This document shows positions 26,079 to 35,127 of a stretch of DNA of 42,811 nucleotides, piece after piece. Under the pieces are notes generated by a model. It saw only the letters and a list, made by a program, of their open reading frames with translations, had not been told where the DNA came from and did not search any database. Made by a program: the position numbers and the translations under genes. Source of the DNA: Culicoidibacterales bacterium (lineage in GTDB: Bacteria > Bacillota_I > Bacilli_A > Culicoidibacterales > JBOFHN01); the NCBI GenBank assembly GCA_051649665.1, contig JBOFHN010000085.1, positions 1 to 42,811 on the forward strand. Direction: 5' to 3'. The stretch's first letter is position 1, and every line of letters begins with the position of its first letter.

Positions 26079-27737
26079 ATGAAACAGTTTTTTAGTAAGC
26101 TTGGGCAGACATTCATGTTGCCAATCGCGTTACTTCCAGCAGCTGGAATCATGCTTGGTATTGGTGGGTCACTCACATCAGCAGCTACGATTAAAGCGTA
26201 TGGTTGGGAGTCGTTTTTAGGTGTAGGAACACCGCTTAATAGCTTTTTGACAGTAGTGACAAATGCGGGTGATATCGTATTTGCCAACTTACCAGTTATG
26301 TTTGCAATCGCAATTGCAATTGGATTCGCGAAAAAAGAAAAAGGTGCTGCAGCGCTTGCGTCTGTAATGTCTTATCTTGTTATGAACGTTTCACTTGCAA
26401 CAACGTTGAAAGTATTTGGTTTAGTAAAAGTTACAGAAGCAGCAGGTAAAACAACAGCTGTATTACACATTTTTGGAAATGATTTCCCAGGAATGTTAAC
26501 TTCTGCACTTGGTATTTCTAATACACTTTCAATGGGTGTATTTGGTGGTATGATTGCTGGGGGAATTGCAGCAGCATTACACAATAAATATTGTGATGTA
26601 AAATTACCTGATTTCCTCGGATTCTTCGGTGGACCACGTTTTGTACCAATCGTATCTTCATTTACAGCGTTATTTGTAGGTATGGCACTTGTTGTTGTTT
26701 GGCCTCCGATTGGAGTAGGTCTTGCAACTGTAGGGAATGGTCTTGGATGGTTATCAAGTCATAACCTTGGATATTTAGCGTCACTTCTTTTTGGTCTTGT
26801 TGAACGTAGTCTTATTCCATTTGGTCTTCACCATGTATTCTATTTACCACTTTGGCAATCAACAGTTGGTGGAACATATCATATCGGTGGAGCTGATGTT
26901 TTCGGTACGCAAGCAGCATTCTTTGCTTCACTTGCATCAGGAGATTGGAAAGCATTCCCTGCAACAAACTTCATGTCAGGGAAATTCCCATTCATGATGT
27001 TTGGTCTTCCAGCAGCAGCATATGCTATGTATAAATGTACAGATGCAGAAAATCGTAAAGCAACAGGGGGACTTTTATTCTCAGTTGCACTTACTTCATT
27101 CTTAACAGGAATTACAGAACCGATTGAATTTACATTCCTTTTCTTAGCGCCAGTTCTTTACTATGGTTTCCATGTTCCAATCGCCGGTCTTTCATTCATG
27201 TTAATGGATTTACTCGGTGTTAAAGTTGGTATGACATTCTCAGGTGGAGCAATTGACTTTACAATGTTCGGTGTGTTCCAAGGTGCACTTGGCGTACAAA
27301 ATAACTTCTATTTCATTCCAGTAGTAGGTCTTGCACTTATGCCACTTTACTATTTTGGATTTAAATGGTATATTACAAAATTCAATATTGCAACACCAGG
27401 TCGTAATGGTGCTGAAGTTAAAACGATTTCAAAAGCAGAATACAAAGCGGCAAAAGGTGAAGGTGTTGTTGCAACAGCAGTAGATGCTGAGGGAACTACA
27501 TTTGCACACCAAATTATTGAAGGTCTTGGTGGACGTGACAACATTAACGATGTTGATGCATGTATTACTCGCCTTCGTGTAAGTGTTAAAGATGCTGATA
27601 AAGTTCAAAACAATGATTTCTGGACGAAAGAAATGGGAGCATCAGGTCTTGTTAAAAACGGAAAAGCAATTCAAGTAATCTACGGTGCAAAAGCAGCAGG
27701 GTACAAATCTGAAATCAATGAGATTTTAGGTGAGTAG
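26079..27737 (+). CDS. PTS glucose-family transporter subunit EIICB (no fused EIIA)
   Basis: EIIC core with GITEPIEFTFLF and a C-terminal EIIB domain with the phospho-Cys motif DACITRLR. The SD AGGAGG precedes the ATG. Confidence 0.9.
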   Translation: MKQFFSKLGQTFMLPIALLPAAGIMLGIGGSLTSAATIKAYGWESFLGVGTPLNSFLTVVTNAGDIVFANLPVMFAIAIAIGFAKKEKGAAALASVMSYLVMNVSLATTLKVFGLVKVTEAAGKTTAVLHIFGNDFPGMLTSALGISNTLSMGVFGGMIAGGIAAALHNKYCDVKLPDFLGFFGGPRFVPIVSSFTALFVGMALVVVWPPIGVGLATVGNGLGWLSSHNLGYLASLLFGLVERSLIPFGLHHVFYLPLWQSTVGGTYHIGGADVFGTQAAFFASLASGDWKAFPATNFMSGKFPFMMFGLPAAAYAMYKCTDAENRKATGGLLFSVALTSFLTGITEPIEFTFLFLAPVLYYGFHVPIAGLSFMLMDLLGVKVGMTFSGGAIDFTMFGVFQGALGVQNNFYFIPVVGLALMPLYYFGFKWYITKFNIATPGRNGAEVKTISKAEYKAAKGEGVVATAVDAEGTTFAHQIIEGLGGRDNINDVDACITRLRVSVKDADKVQNNDFWTKEMGASGLVKNGKAIQVIYGAKAAGYKSEINEILGE

Positions 27738-28172
27738 ATGAAAGAAAAATTTGCACGATTCGGATCGTTTATGATCGATATGTCAATTATGAATATGTTT
27801 GCTCAAGTACTTTATATATATGTGTTTGGAAATTCACTCTATATTACAAGAACAAACTTTCTACATGATATTAGCGTATCACTGTTTTATCTTCTTTTGT
27901 TGATTAGTGTATGCGTAGGATATCAAGCTATTTGCTATCGATTTTTAAAAAATTCACTCGGAAAACAGTTGTTAGGTTTGAAATACTATCACCTTAACGG
28001 AAGCTCACTTAGTTTTGAAACATTACTCCGACGTGAATTTATGAAATATTATCTTATTTATGTAACGGTTTTAATGTATTTACCGTATTCATTTATTAGA
28101 ATGTATATGAAAGATAGTAAACCACCGTATCATGAAAAAATAACGAAAACACACGTAACGTGGATTCGATAA
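27738..28172 (+). CDS. small membrane protein, RDD-family-like
   Basis: FARFGSFMIDMSI followed by TM segments resembles the RDD-domain N-terminal pattern. It starts directly after the PTS stop (TAGATG) with AGGTGAG upstream. The family call is tentative. Confidence 0.45.
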   Translation: MKEKFARFGSFMIDMSIMNMFAQVLYIYVFGNSLYITRTNFLHDISVSLFYLLLLISVCVGYQAICYRFLKNSLGKQLLGLKYYHLNGSSLSFETLLRREFMKYYLIYVTVLMYLPYSFIRMYMKDSKPPYHEKITKTHVTWIR

Positions 28173-28178
28173 AAATGA

Positions 28179-28213
28179 AAACACTGAGATAATTACTATC
28201 TCGGTGTTTTTTT
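28179..28213 (+). terminator. intrinsic terminator
   Basis: AACACTGAGATA-atta-CTATCTCGGTGTT (one G-U pair) followed by TTTTT. Confidence 0.7.
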
Positions 28214-28283
28214 GTAACCTGTTACTGACATTTGCGCCTATTTCTGTTAAAATGGAATAAATGACGATTATGGAGGATTGTGT

Positions 28284-29480
28284 ATGAGGCAAGAGATGAA
28301 AAGGTTTAAATGTCATATTGGAATGCTCGCATTTGTATATGCATTGACAAATGTATTTATTCAACCTTATACGGCGTTTCTTGGTTTAAACGCGACAGAA
28401 TTCAGTTTATTTCAGACGTTAAACATTTTTGCACTTGCCTCTTCACAATTTGTTTTCGGTTATCTCTGTGATAAATTTCAAACGATTCGAACGTTTTTGC
28501 GCATGATGATGGTGTTTGTCATTGGGCTTGCACTTTTAGTGTTTGTCTCTCAGATGTATTTTCATCTGCCAACATTCTTTATCCTTTGTCTACTCTTACT
28601 CTTACAGTTTTTTCAAGGACCGCTTTTAACCTTGACAGAAAATTGGATTATACTTTCACCGAAGCGTTTAGCACTTTTCTTTGGTAATATTCGCATGTTT
28701 GCTTCATTGACATGGGGAATAGCCTGTTTTGTTTTTGGTATCTTTTTAGTTGGAAGTCGAATCCAATATTTACCGCTTCTTGTTGCTATTTTTTATTTGT
28801 TTCCATTCTTTATCCAATCTCGACTTAATGATATTTCGAATCAACGAACATCTGCTTACCATGCTGATGTTGATTTGAAACTCAGTCAAGATGAGAAAAA
28901 GCGGCTTTTACTTTTTTGTCTTTTTGCGATAACAGCATTGCTCTTTTTCTTATCGGGTCGCTATTTTACTTTTATTGGCTTTTTATTTACGGATTTAGGC
29001 ATTCCACAATCAAGTATTCCAATGTATATTGGTGGAACAGTAGCGTTAATGGCGCTGAGTGAAATCCCGTTGTTCCATTATGGAAAAGTGGTACTTGAGC
29101 GTTTTGGTGCTGCAAAACTTTTTTTTCTGGCTATTGTTGTATCGTTGCTACGTGTTGCTGTTATGGGCTGTTTTCACAATGCAATTGTTTACGTCATATG
29201 TGGAATGTTTCAAGGTTTGATTTATCCATCGTATTTGCTGTCATTGCGCCATATTTCAAAATCACTTGTATCTGAGAAGATTTTTAATACTGTATTCGGT
29301 GTATTTACGCTTGTGTTAACACTCGGTGATATGGTTTTTACGTTGTTGCTTGGAACGTATGTAAATCAACATCGAATGGATATTGTATATTTAGTTTGCG
29401 TAGCATCAGCTATTTTAAGTATTCTCTTTTTTATACTATTTAACTTCCGTAAAAATGTATATATGAAACAAATTAAATGA
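28284..29480 (+). CDS. MFS transporter (substrate unknown)
   Basis: About 12 TM with an internal loop carrying charged residues. The start is set at ATG 28284 (GGAGG at 28272..28276, 7-nt spacer). Confidence 0.65.
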   Translation: MRQEMKRFKCHIGMLAFVYALTNVFIQPYTAFLGLNATEFSLFQTLNIFALASSQFVFGYLCDKFQTIRTFLRMMMVFVIGLALLVFVSQMYFHLPTFFILCLLLLLQFFQGPLLTLTENWIILSPKRLALFFGNIRMFASLTWGIACFVFGIFLVGSRIQYLPLLVAIFYLFPFFIQSRLNDISNQRTSAYHADVDLKLSQDEKKRLLLFCLFAITALLFFLSGRYFTFIGFLFTDLGIPQSSIPMYIGGTVALMALSEIPLFHYGKVVLERFGAAKLFFLAIVVSLLRVAVMGCFHNAIVYVICGMFQGLIYPSYLLSLRHISKSLVSEKIFNTVFGVFTLVLTLGDMVFTLLLGTYVNQHRMDIVYLVCVASAILSILFFILFNFRKNVYMKQIK

Positions 29481-29493
29481 AAGGAAGAATGAG

Positions 29494-30348
29494 ATGAAAC
29501 GTTACTTATCATATAAAGAAGAAAATGTATTATACCTTGTTCCAACACCGATTGGAAATTTGGATGATATGACAGTTCGATCGTTGAAACGTTTGCAGGA
29601 AAGTGACATTATTCTTGCCGAGGACACAAGAAATACAAAGAAACTATGTAATCATTTTGGTATTCATGCTCAACTCATAAGTTTGCATGAACATAATGAG
29701 AATGATCGTATTGATATGGTTGAGGAGTTATTGCGTGAAGGCAAACAAGTGTCGCTTGTAAGCGATGCAGGGATGCCTGCTATTTCAGATCCAGGAGCAC
29801 GTCTTGTAAGAGGGTTACGAGAACGCGATTTACACTCACTTGCACTGCCAGGTGCAAGTGCTTTTGTCAGTGCATATGCAGCAAGTGGTATTGGACAAAC
29901 AGCATTTTATTTCCATGGCTTTTTAGAAAGTAAAGGATCTAAGAGAACGCAAGAACTTCAAATGCTATCACAATTCACGTGTCCAGTCGTTATTTATGAA
30001 TCAGTTCATCGAATTGAACAATTGTGCCGTGATGTAAATAGCGTATTTGGAAGTCAAACAAAAATGATTGTCGCACGCGAAATTTCGAAAATGTATGAGG
30101 AATATATATTTGGAACACCTGATGAAATACGCGATGTTGCGAACACATTAAAAGGTGAGTTTGTAGTGATCATCCATCCTGAAAAGAAAATTGAAGCGTA
30201 TCCTGATGATATTGTTGAACACTATTTACTCGCACAAAAACAGCATGCTACGCTATCAGAAAAAGAATTGATTAAGCACGTAGCAAAAATTCGTGGTGTA
30301 CATAAGAATGATGTATATCAAATCGTTGTGAAGATGAAAGGTGAATAA
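29494..30348 (+). CDS. rsmI: 16S rRNA (cytidine1402-2'-O)-methyltransferase
   Basis: LYLVPTPIGNLDDMT, AEDTR and SDAGMPAISDPG are RsmI / tetrapyrrole-methylase-fold signatures. Confidence 0.9.
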   Translation: MKRYLSYKEENVLYLVPTPIGNLDDMTVRSLKRLQESDIILAEDTRNTKKLCNHFGIHAQLISLHEHNENDRIDMVEELLREGKQVSLVSDAGMPAISDPGARLVRGLRERDLHSLALPGASAFVSAYAASGIGQTAFYFHGFLESKGSKRTQELQMLSQFTCPVVIYESVHRIEQLCRDVNSVFGSQTKMIVAREISKMYEEYIFGTPDEIRDVANTLKGEFVVIIHPEKKIEAYPDDIVEHYLLAQKQHATLSEKELIKHVAKIRGVHKNDVYQIVVKMKGE

Positions 30349-31949
30349 TGATGAAGAATTGGATGAAAATTGGGTTAGTAGGAAGTATTGTTGTTATTTT
30401 ATCAGGCTGTACAGCACAAAATCAAACACCGAAAGAAACGTTTCCGTGTGCTTCATATCAACGCGAAGAAAAACCAACTAAAGAAAAGACACTGAAAGAT
30501 CCGGTAAAAATGTCAGCAGAAGGACAAAAGAAGTACCAATCTGTTTACGAAATCTTTGTTGGTTCATTTAATGATACAAATAATGATGGAGTTGGGGATT
30601 TAAAAGGTGTTATAGAAAAGTTGGATTATATTAAAGATCTTGGCTTTAGTGCGATATGGTTGACACCAGTTCATCCATCATCAACATATCATAAATATGA
30701 TGTAGCAGATTATCAAGCAATTGATCCAAAATTTGGAACAATTGGTGATTATGAAACGCTTATTACAGAAGCACATAGACGAGATATTCGAATAATTCAA
30801 GATCTTGTTGTGAATCATGTTGGTGTTGATCATCCATGGTTTCAAGATCTTGAGAAAAAGGGTAAAGAAAGCCAATACTGCAGTTACTTTGTTATTAAAC
30901 AAAAAGATGCTGAATATAAAAAGATAGACAGCAACTGGTATCCGATAAAAGATGGTCTGGCTTACTATGCTTCTTTTTGGGAGAAAATGCCAGAACTTCG
31001 CCTTGGGAATCCAGCTGTACAAAATGAAATTGATAAAAATATTGCATTTTGGCAACAAAAAGGTGTAGATGGGTTTCGGCTTGATGGAGTCGGTGTATAT
31101 TTTAATCCAGGTGAATATCCAAATACATATGAAGCAAATAGATATGATGCGGTGAATGTCGTAAAACATTTGCATGCAGAAGCGCTTAAACGTAATCCTG
31201 AAACATATTTTGTTACTGAAACATGGGATGCGGCTGACTCGGTTGCTCCATATTATGCGGCAACTGATTCTAGTTTTAATTTTGATTTAGCAAAAGCGAC
31301 ACTTTCGACAGTTCGTGGAACACTTTCAGAAGACTATAAAGTAGCGTATAACCGCTCTAAAAAAGAATATGAAGCAGTCTATCAAAATTATCTCGATGCC
31401 CCATTTTTAACAAACCATGATCAAGATCGTGTAGCTTCTATGTTGCCAACGCTTGCTGAACAAAAAATGGCAGCTTCAATTCTATTTACAACACCTGGGG
31501 TACCTTATGTTTACTACGGTGAAGAGATTGGAATGAAAGGTGAAAAGCCTGATGAACTCATTCGTGAACCAATGAAATGGGAAAATAAACAATTTACCAA
31601 TCCACTTATTTGGAAGGAAGGATTGCGTTTCAATGCGAAAGTTCCATCACTACAAGAACAAATAAATAATCCTGATTCCCTTTATGCCCATTACAAAAAA
31701 ATGCTTGCAGTTCGTAAACAATTAGGAGATATTCAAAAAGCGAAGTTGTCATTTGTTGAAGCACATCCGATGTTGCTCGCGTATACATTTGATAACAAGC
31801 TCGTTGTTCATAATTTAAGTGATGAAACGCGAGTGATGAAAAACGAGTTATTACTTAAAATTAAGCATAAGATTTTAGATGCACCGATAACAGGTGATAG
31901 TGTTTCTCTTGCAGGGAAATCAACATTTATCGTAGAATTAGACAAATAA
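30348..31949 (+). CDS. GH13 alpha-amylase-family glycosidase, lipoprotein
   Basis: Lipobox ILSGC. GH13 regions are present: DLVVNH, GFRLDGV, TETWD, and FLTNHDQDR. The start is either ATG 30348 (TAATG overlap with rsmI) or ATG 30351. Confidence 0.85.
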   Translation: MMKNWMKIGLVGSIVVILSGCTAQNQTPKETFPCASYQREEKPTKEKTLKDPVKMSAEGQKKYQSVYEIFVGSFNDTNNDGVGDLKGVIEKLDYIKDLGFSAIWLTPVHPSSTYHKYDVADYQAIDPKFGTIGDYETLITEAHRRDIRIIQDLVVNHVGVDHPWFQDLEKKGKESQYCSYFVIKQKDAEYKKIDSNWYPIKDGLAYYASFWEKMPELRLGNPAVQNEIDKNIAFWQQKGVDGFRLDGVGVYFNPGEYPNTYEANRYDAVNVVKHLHAEALKRNPETYFVTETWDAADSVAPYYAATDSSFNFDLAKATLSTVRGTLSEDYKVAYNRSKKEYEAVYQNYLDAPFLTNHDQDRVASMLPTLAEQKMAASILFTTPGVPYVYYGEEIGMKGEKPDELIREPMKWENKQFTNPLIWKEGLRFNAKVPSLQEQINNPDSLYAHYKKMLAVRKQLGDIQKAKLSFVEAHPMLLAYTFDNKLVVHNLSDETRVMKNELLLKIKHKILDAPITGDSVSLAGKSTFIVELDK

Positions 31950-31966
31950 AAAGGAGGTGTTCTGCA

Positions 31967-34936
31967 TTGTATATACGATTGAAAACGGATCATAGTTTAC
32001 TTGAAAGTACATTAAATGTGCAAACGGCATTACAATTGACATGTGATGCAGGACTGCCTTTTTTTGCTCTGTGTGAAACAGGTCATTTTGGATCTATCGC
32101 TCAAGCATACACTTTAGCTCAAACGAAAAAAGTTTTATTTGTAGCTGCGATTGAATTACATGTACAAATTGATTCGAATGTTATTCCATTTGTGATAGTC
32201 TGTAAAAATCATGAAGGATATCAAGCACTTTTGCATCATCATCACTTATTTCAAAAACCGATTGATGTAGAATTGTTACACTCTTTTGAACCTTCAAATC
32301 TGATTTTGATTCCGGTTTTGAAACAAATGCAAGTAGAATATGTTGAACATCTTAAACAACGTATTGCTTTTGAATATGTAGGACTGTCTTTTTCTGAGTA
32401 TATTCAGCCATTTGAAGTAGAACGAATAAAAGCGATAGAACAAAGAAACGAAGTTTCATTTTGCATGATGAATTCAATTTTAATGAAAGATGAGAAATCT
32501 CATAAAACGCGTGCTGTACTTCAAGCGATTAAAACCAATAGCCGCGAAATTCTAATTGATACGAGTGTTACAAATACATTTTTACGACGTGATCAAATTG
32601 CTACTTTAGTTGAAAACTATCCTGAATTACTACAGAGAACTGAACAGATAGCGAGCTTGACAAATTTCACATTGGAAGGATCAAAAAAGATTCCTAAATA
32701 TCCATTTATCGGTGAAGATACGAGTGATATATTACTCCAAAAACTTGTAGTTAAAGGTGCGACAAAACGCTACTCAGAGATAACAGAAGCGGTAAAACAA
32801 CGAATTCAAAGAGAGTTATCGGTAATTTCAGAACTTGGATTTGCTGATTACTTCCTTATTTTGTGGGATGCAAAACGGTATGCATTTCAACATGATATTT
32901 TATTTGGGCCTGGAAGGGGTTCATCTGTTGGATCGATTGTGGCTTATTGTCTTGGTATAACGGAAATTGATCCACTGGCTTATGGATTAGTCTTTGAACG
33001 CTTTTTAAACCCTGGACGCAAGAGTTATCCAGATATTGATATCGATGTTGCAGATGATAAACGTGATGAGCTAATCGCTTACGTTCGCAAGCGTTATGGT
33101 GAAGATAAAGTTGCACATATTTTGACGTATGGAACATTCGGTGCCAAATCAGCGTTTCGGGAAGTAGCTCGAATTCATGGATTATCACAGGCTAAAATTG
33201 GCGAAGTAACGAAATATATCTCTCACAGCAAGAAATTAATTGAATCGTATAAAGAAAATCAGCAACTTCAAACATTACTCACGCGTGATGTTCAACTTTT
33301 ACAATGCTATAAAATAGCACTTCAAATAGAAGGGCTCAAACGTAATACATCAACTCATGCGGCCGGAATTATTATCACAGATGATTCCATGTTTACTCAA
33401 ATGCCTGTTTTTGTCGAAAGTGGATGTACAACTGCGTGGGAAATGAAAGAATTAGAAGCGATGGGGTTTTTAAAAATTGATTTTCTCGGTCTGAAAAATC
33501 TTTCGATTTTGGAGAAGTTAGAACAAACCGTTTCAAGTGGAGATGGAACATTTCAAATGCAAGAAATTCCACTTCAAGATACTAAGACATATGAATATTT
33601 AACACTAGGATTAACAAACGGTATTTTCCAACTTGAATCTGATGGAATAAAGAAAGTGCTACGTGATTTAAAACCAACACAGTTTGAGGATATTGTTGCT
33701 GTTTTAGCACTTTATCGTCCTGGTCCAATGGAGAGTATTCCTCTTTTTATTGCTCGGAAGCATGGAAAACTCAAAGTTGAAATGCCACATGACGATTTAG
33801 CTCCGATTTTAGCAGAAACATATGGAGTCATTGTTTATCAAGAACAAATTATGCAAATTGTTAATGTGATGGCGCGCTTTGATTTTGTTGCCGCAGATGA
33901 TTTCAGACGTGCTATTTCAAAGAAAAATGAAAGTTTGTTAAAGTCATCACTTGAATCATTTGAAACAGCTTCAATTGCGAATGGCTATGAAGTTGACGTG
34001 GTAAAGCAAGTGAGTGATTTGATGCTCCAGTTTGCCAATTATGGTTTTGTGAAAGGGCATGCTGTTGCATATGCGATGATTGCATATCGCTTAATGTATT
34101 TCAAAACACACTATGCACGCGCTTTTTATATGGTTTTACTTAATCATCATCTTCAAGATATTGCTAAGATAACGACGTATGTTCAAGAGATGAAACGAAG
34201 AAAAATCATGCTCTTACCACCTGACATTATGTTGAGTACAGAAACATTCAAAATTGAAAAAACAGGGATTCGAATGGGGCTTTGTTCAATAAAAGGAATT
34301 GGTAGACAAACAGCACAACAAATTATCACAATTGTACTAAGTTCTGTTGAAACAACGGCTGATGGTATTATTCGTGCATTGCTTCGAAACAAAATTGCTA
34401 AAGAACATGTTGAAGCTTTAATTTGTGTGGGAGCATTTGATCGTTTTCAAGTGACACGTCAAACACTTGTGATGTTAGTGAGAGAAGGCGAAGTAGGTGG
34501 AGAGTACGGACACCTTGCGGACCTTGTTGATCTTACACAAAAAATAAGCCATTATCCAGAATATGCACTGAAGGACCGTGAACGATTTGAACGTGAATAT
34601 CTCGGTTATCCGTTTTTTCAAAATGTTTTTGTACAGTTTGAAAAAGAATATGCACAAGGTCAGATTATTCCACTGCAAACATTACGAATGCAAAGTGCAC
34701 AGACACATCAGACAGTGGCTCGTGTTGTATCACTTAGAAAACATCGCAATGGAAAAACGCATTTCGTTCAATTGGAAGATAATACGAGTGAAATATCAGC
34801 AGTTGTATTTGATTTCCAAGTGTTGCAAGGAATAACACTCAATTTTGGTGAGGTTTACCACGTAACTGTAAAATGCTCGATTTACAAAGGGAAAACAAGC
34901 TATCAAATTGTTAAGATTTCGCCAATTGTGTCATAA
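31967..34936 (+). CDS. dnaE: DNA polymerase III alpha subunit, DnaE type (short, 989 aa)
   Basis: Pol IIIalpha palm/fingers motifs are present (GPGRGSSVGSIVAYCLGITEIDP, PDIDIDV, KIDFLGLKNLS, LYRPGPM, GYEVDVVKQV..FANYGFVKGHAVAY), with an OB fold at the C-terminus. TTG start at 31967 with AAGGAGGTG 7 nt upstream. Confidence 0.9.
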   Translation: MYIRLKTDHSLLESTLNVQTALQLTCDAGLPFFALCETGHFGSIAQAYTLAQTKKVLFVAAIELHVQIDSNVIPFVIVCKNHEGYQALLHHHHLFQKPIDVELLHSFEPSNLILIPVLKQMQVEYVEHLKQRIAFEYVGLSFSEYIQPFEVERIKAIEQRNEVSFCMMNSILMKDEKSHKTRAVLQAIKTNSREILIDTSVTNTFLRRDQIATLVENYPELLQRTEQIASLTNFTLEGSKKIPKYPFIGEDTSDILLQKLVVKGATKRYSEITEAVKQRIQRELSVISELGFADYFLILWDAKRYAFQHDILFGPGRGSSVGSIVAYCLGITEIDPLAYGLVFERFLNPGRKSYPDIDIDVADDKRDELIAYVRKRYGEDKVAHILTYGTFGAKSAFREVARIHGLSQAKIGEVTKYISHSKKLIESYKENQQLQTLLTRDVQLLQCYKIALQIEGLKRNTSTHAAGIIITDDSMFTQMPVFVESGCTTAWEMKELEAMGFLKIDFLGLKNLSILEKLEQTVSSGDGTFQMQEIPLQDTKTYEYLTLGLTNGIFQLESDGIKKVLRDLKPTQFEDIVAVLALYRPGPMESIPLFIARKHGKLKVEMPHDDLAPILAETYGVIVYQEQIMQIVNVMARFDFVAADDFRRAISKKNESLLKSSLESFETASIANGYEVDVVKQVSDLMLQFANYGFVKGHAVAYAMIAYRLMYFKTHYARAFYMVLLNHHLQDIAKITTYVQEMKRRKIMLLPPDIMLSTETFKIEKTGIRMGLCSIKGIGRQTAQQIITIVLSSVETTADGIIRALLRNKIAKEHVEALICVGAFDRFQVTRQTLVMLVREGEVGGEYGHLADLVDLTQKISHYPEYALKDRERFEREYLGYPFFQNVFVQFEKEYAQGQIIPLQTLRMQSAQTHQTVARVVSLRKHRNGKTHFVQLEDNTSEISAVVFDFQVLQGITLNFGEVYHVTVKCSIYKGKTSYQIVKISPIVS

Positions 34937-35005
34937 GGTGAAATTAAGTGTGAGAAAAAATGAAATACGCTTTAAATGTGTAACAAAATAAAAGTAGATA
35001 AATGA

Positions 35006-35035
35006 TTTACAAACCTATATAAAACGTGATAGAAT
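35006..35035 (+). promoter_or_regulatory. candidate secA promoter
   Basis: TTTACA (35006..35011), an 18-nt spacer, then TGaTAGAAT (extended -10, 35027..35035). Confidence 0.5.
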
Positions 35036-35127
35036 GTTGTAGTAGTATGTAAAGTATAATATATGATAAAAAATAATAAAAACGAGAATAAAGACTCGTT
35101 TAGGATGAAAAGGAGTCATAAATATAT

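Noticed and set aside
30681-31175. Minus-strand 164-aa ORF rich in Ile/Phe/Lys.
   Set aside because: It is antisense to the GH13 catalytic core. This is typical AT-rich shadow-ORF composition.
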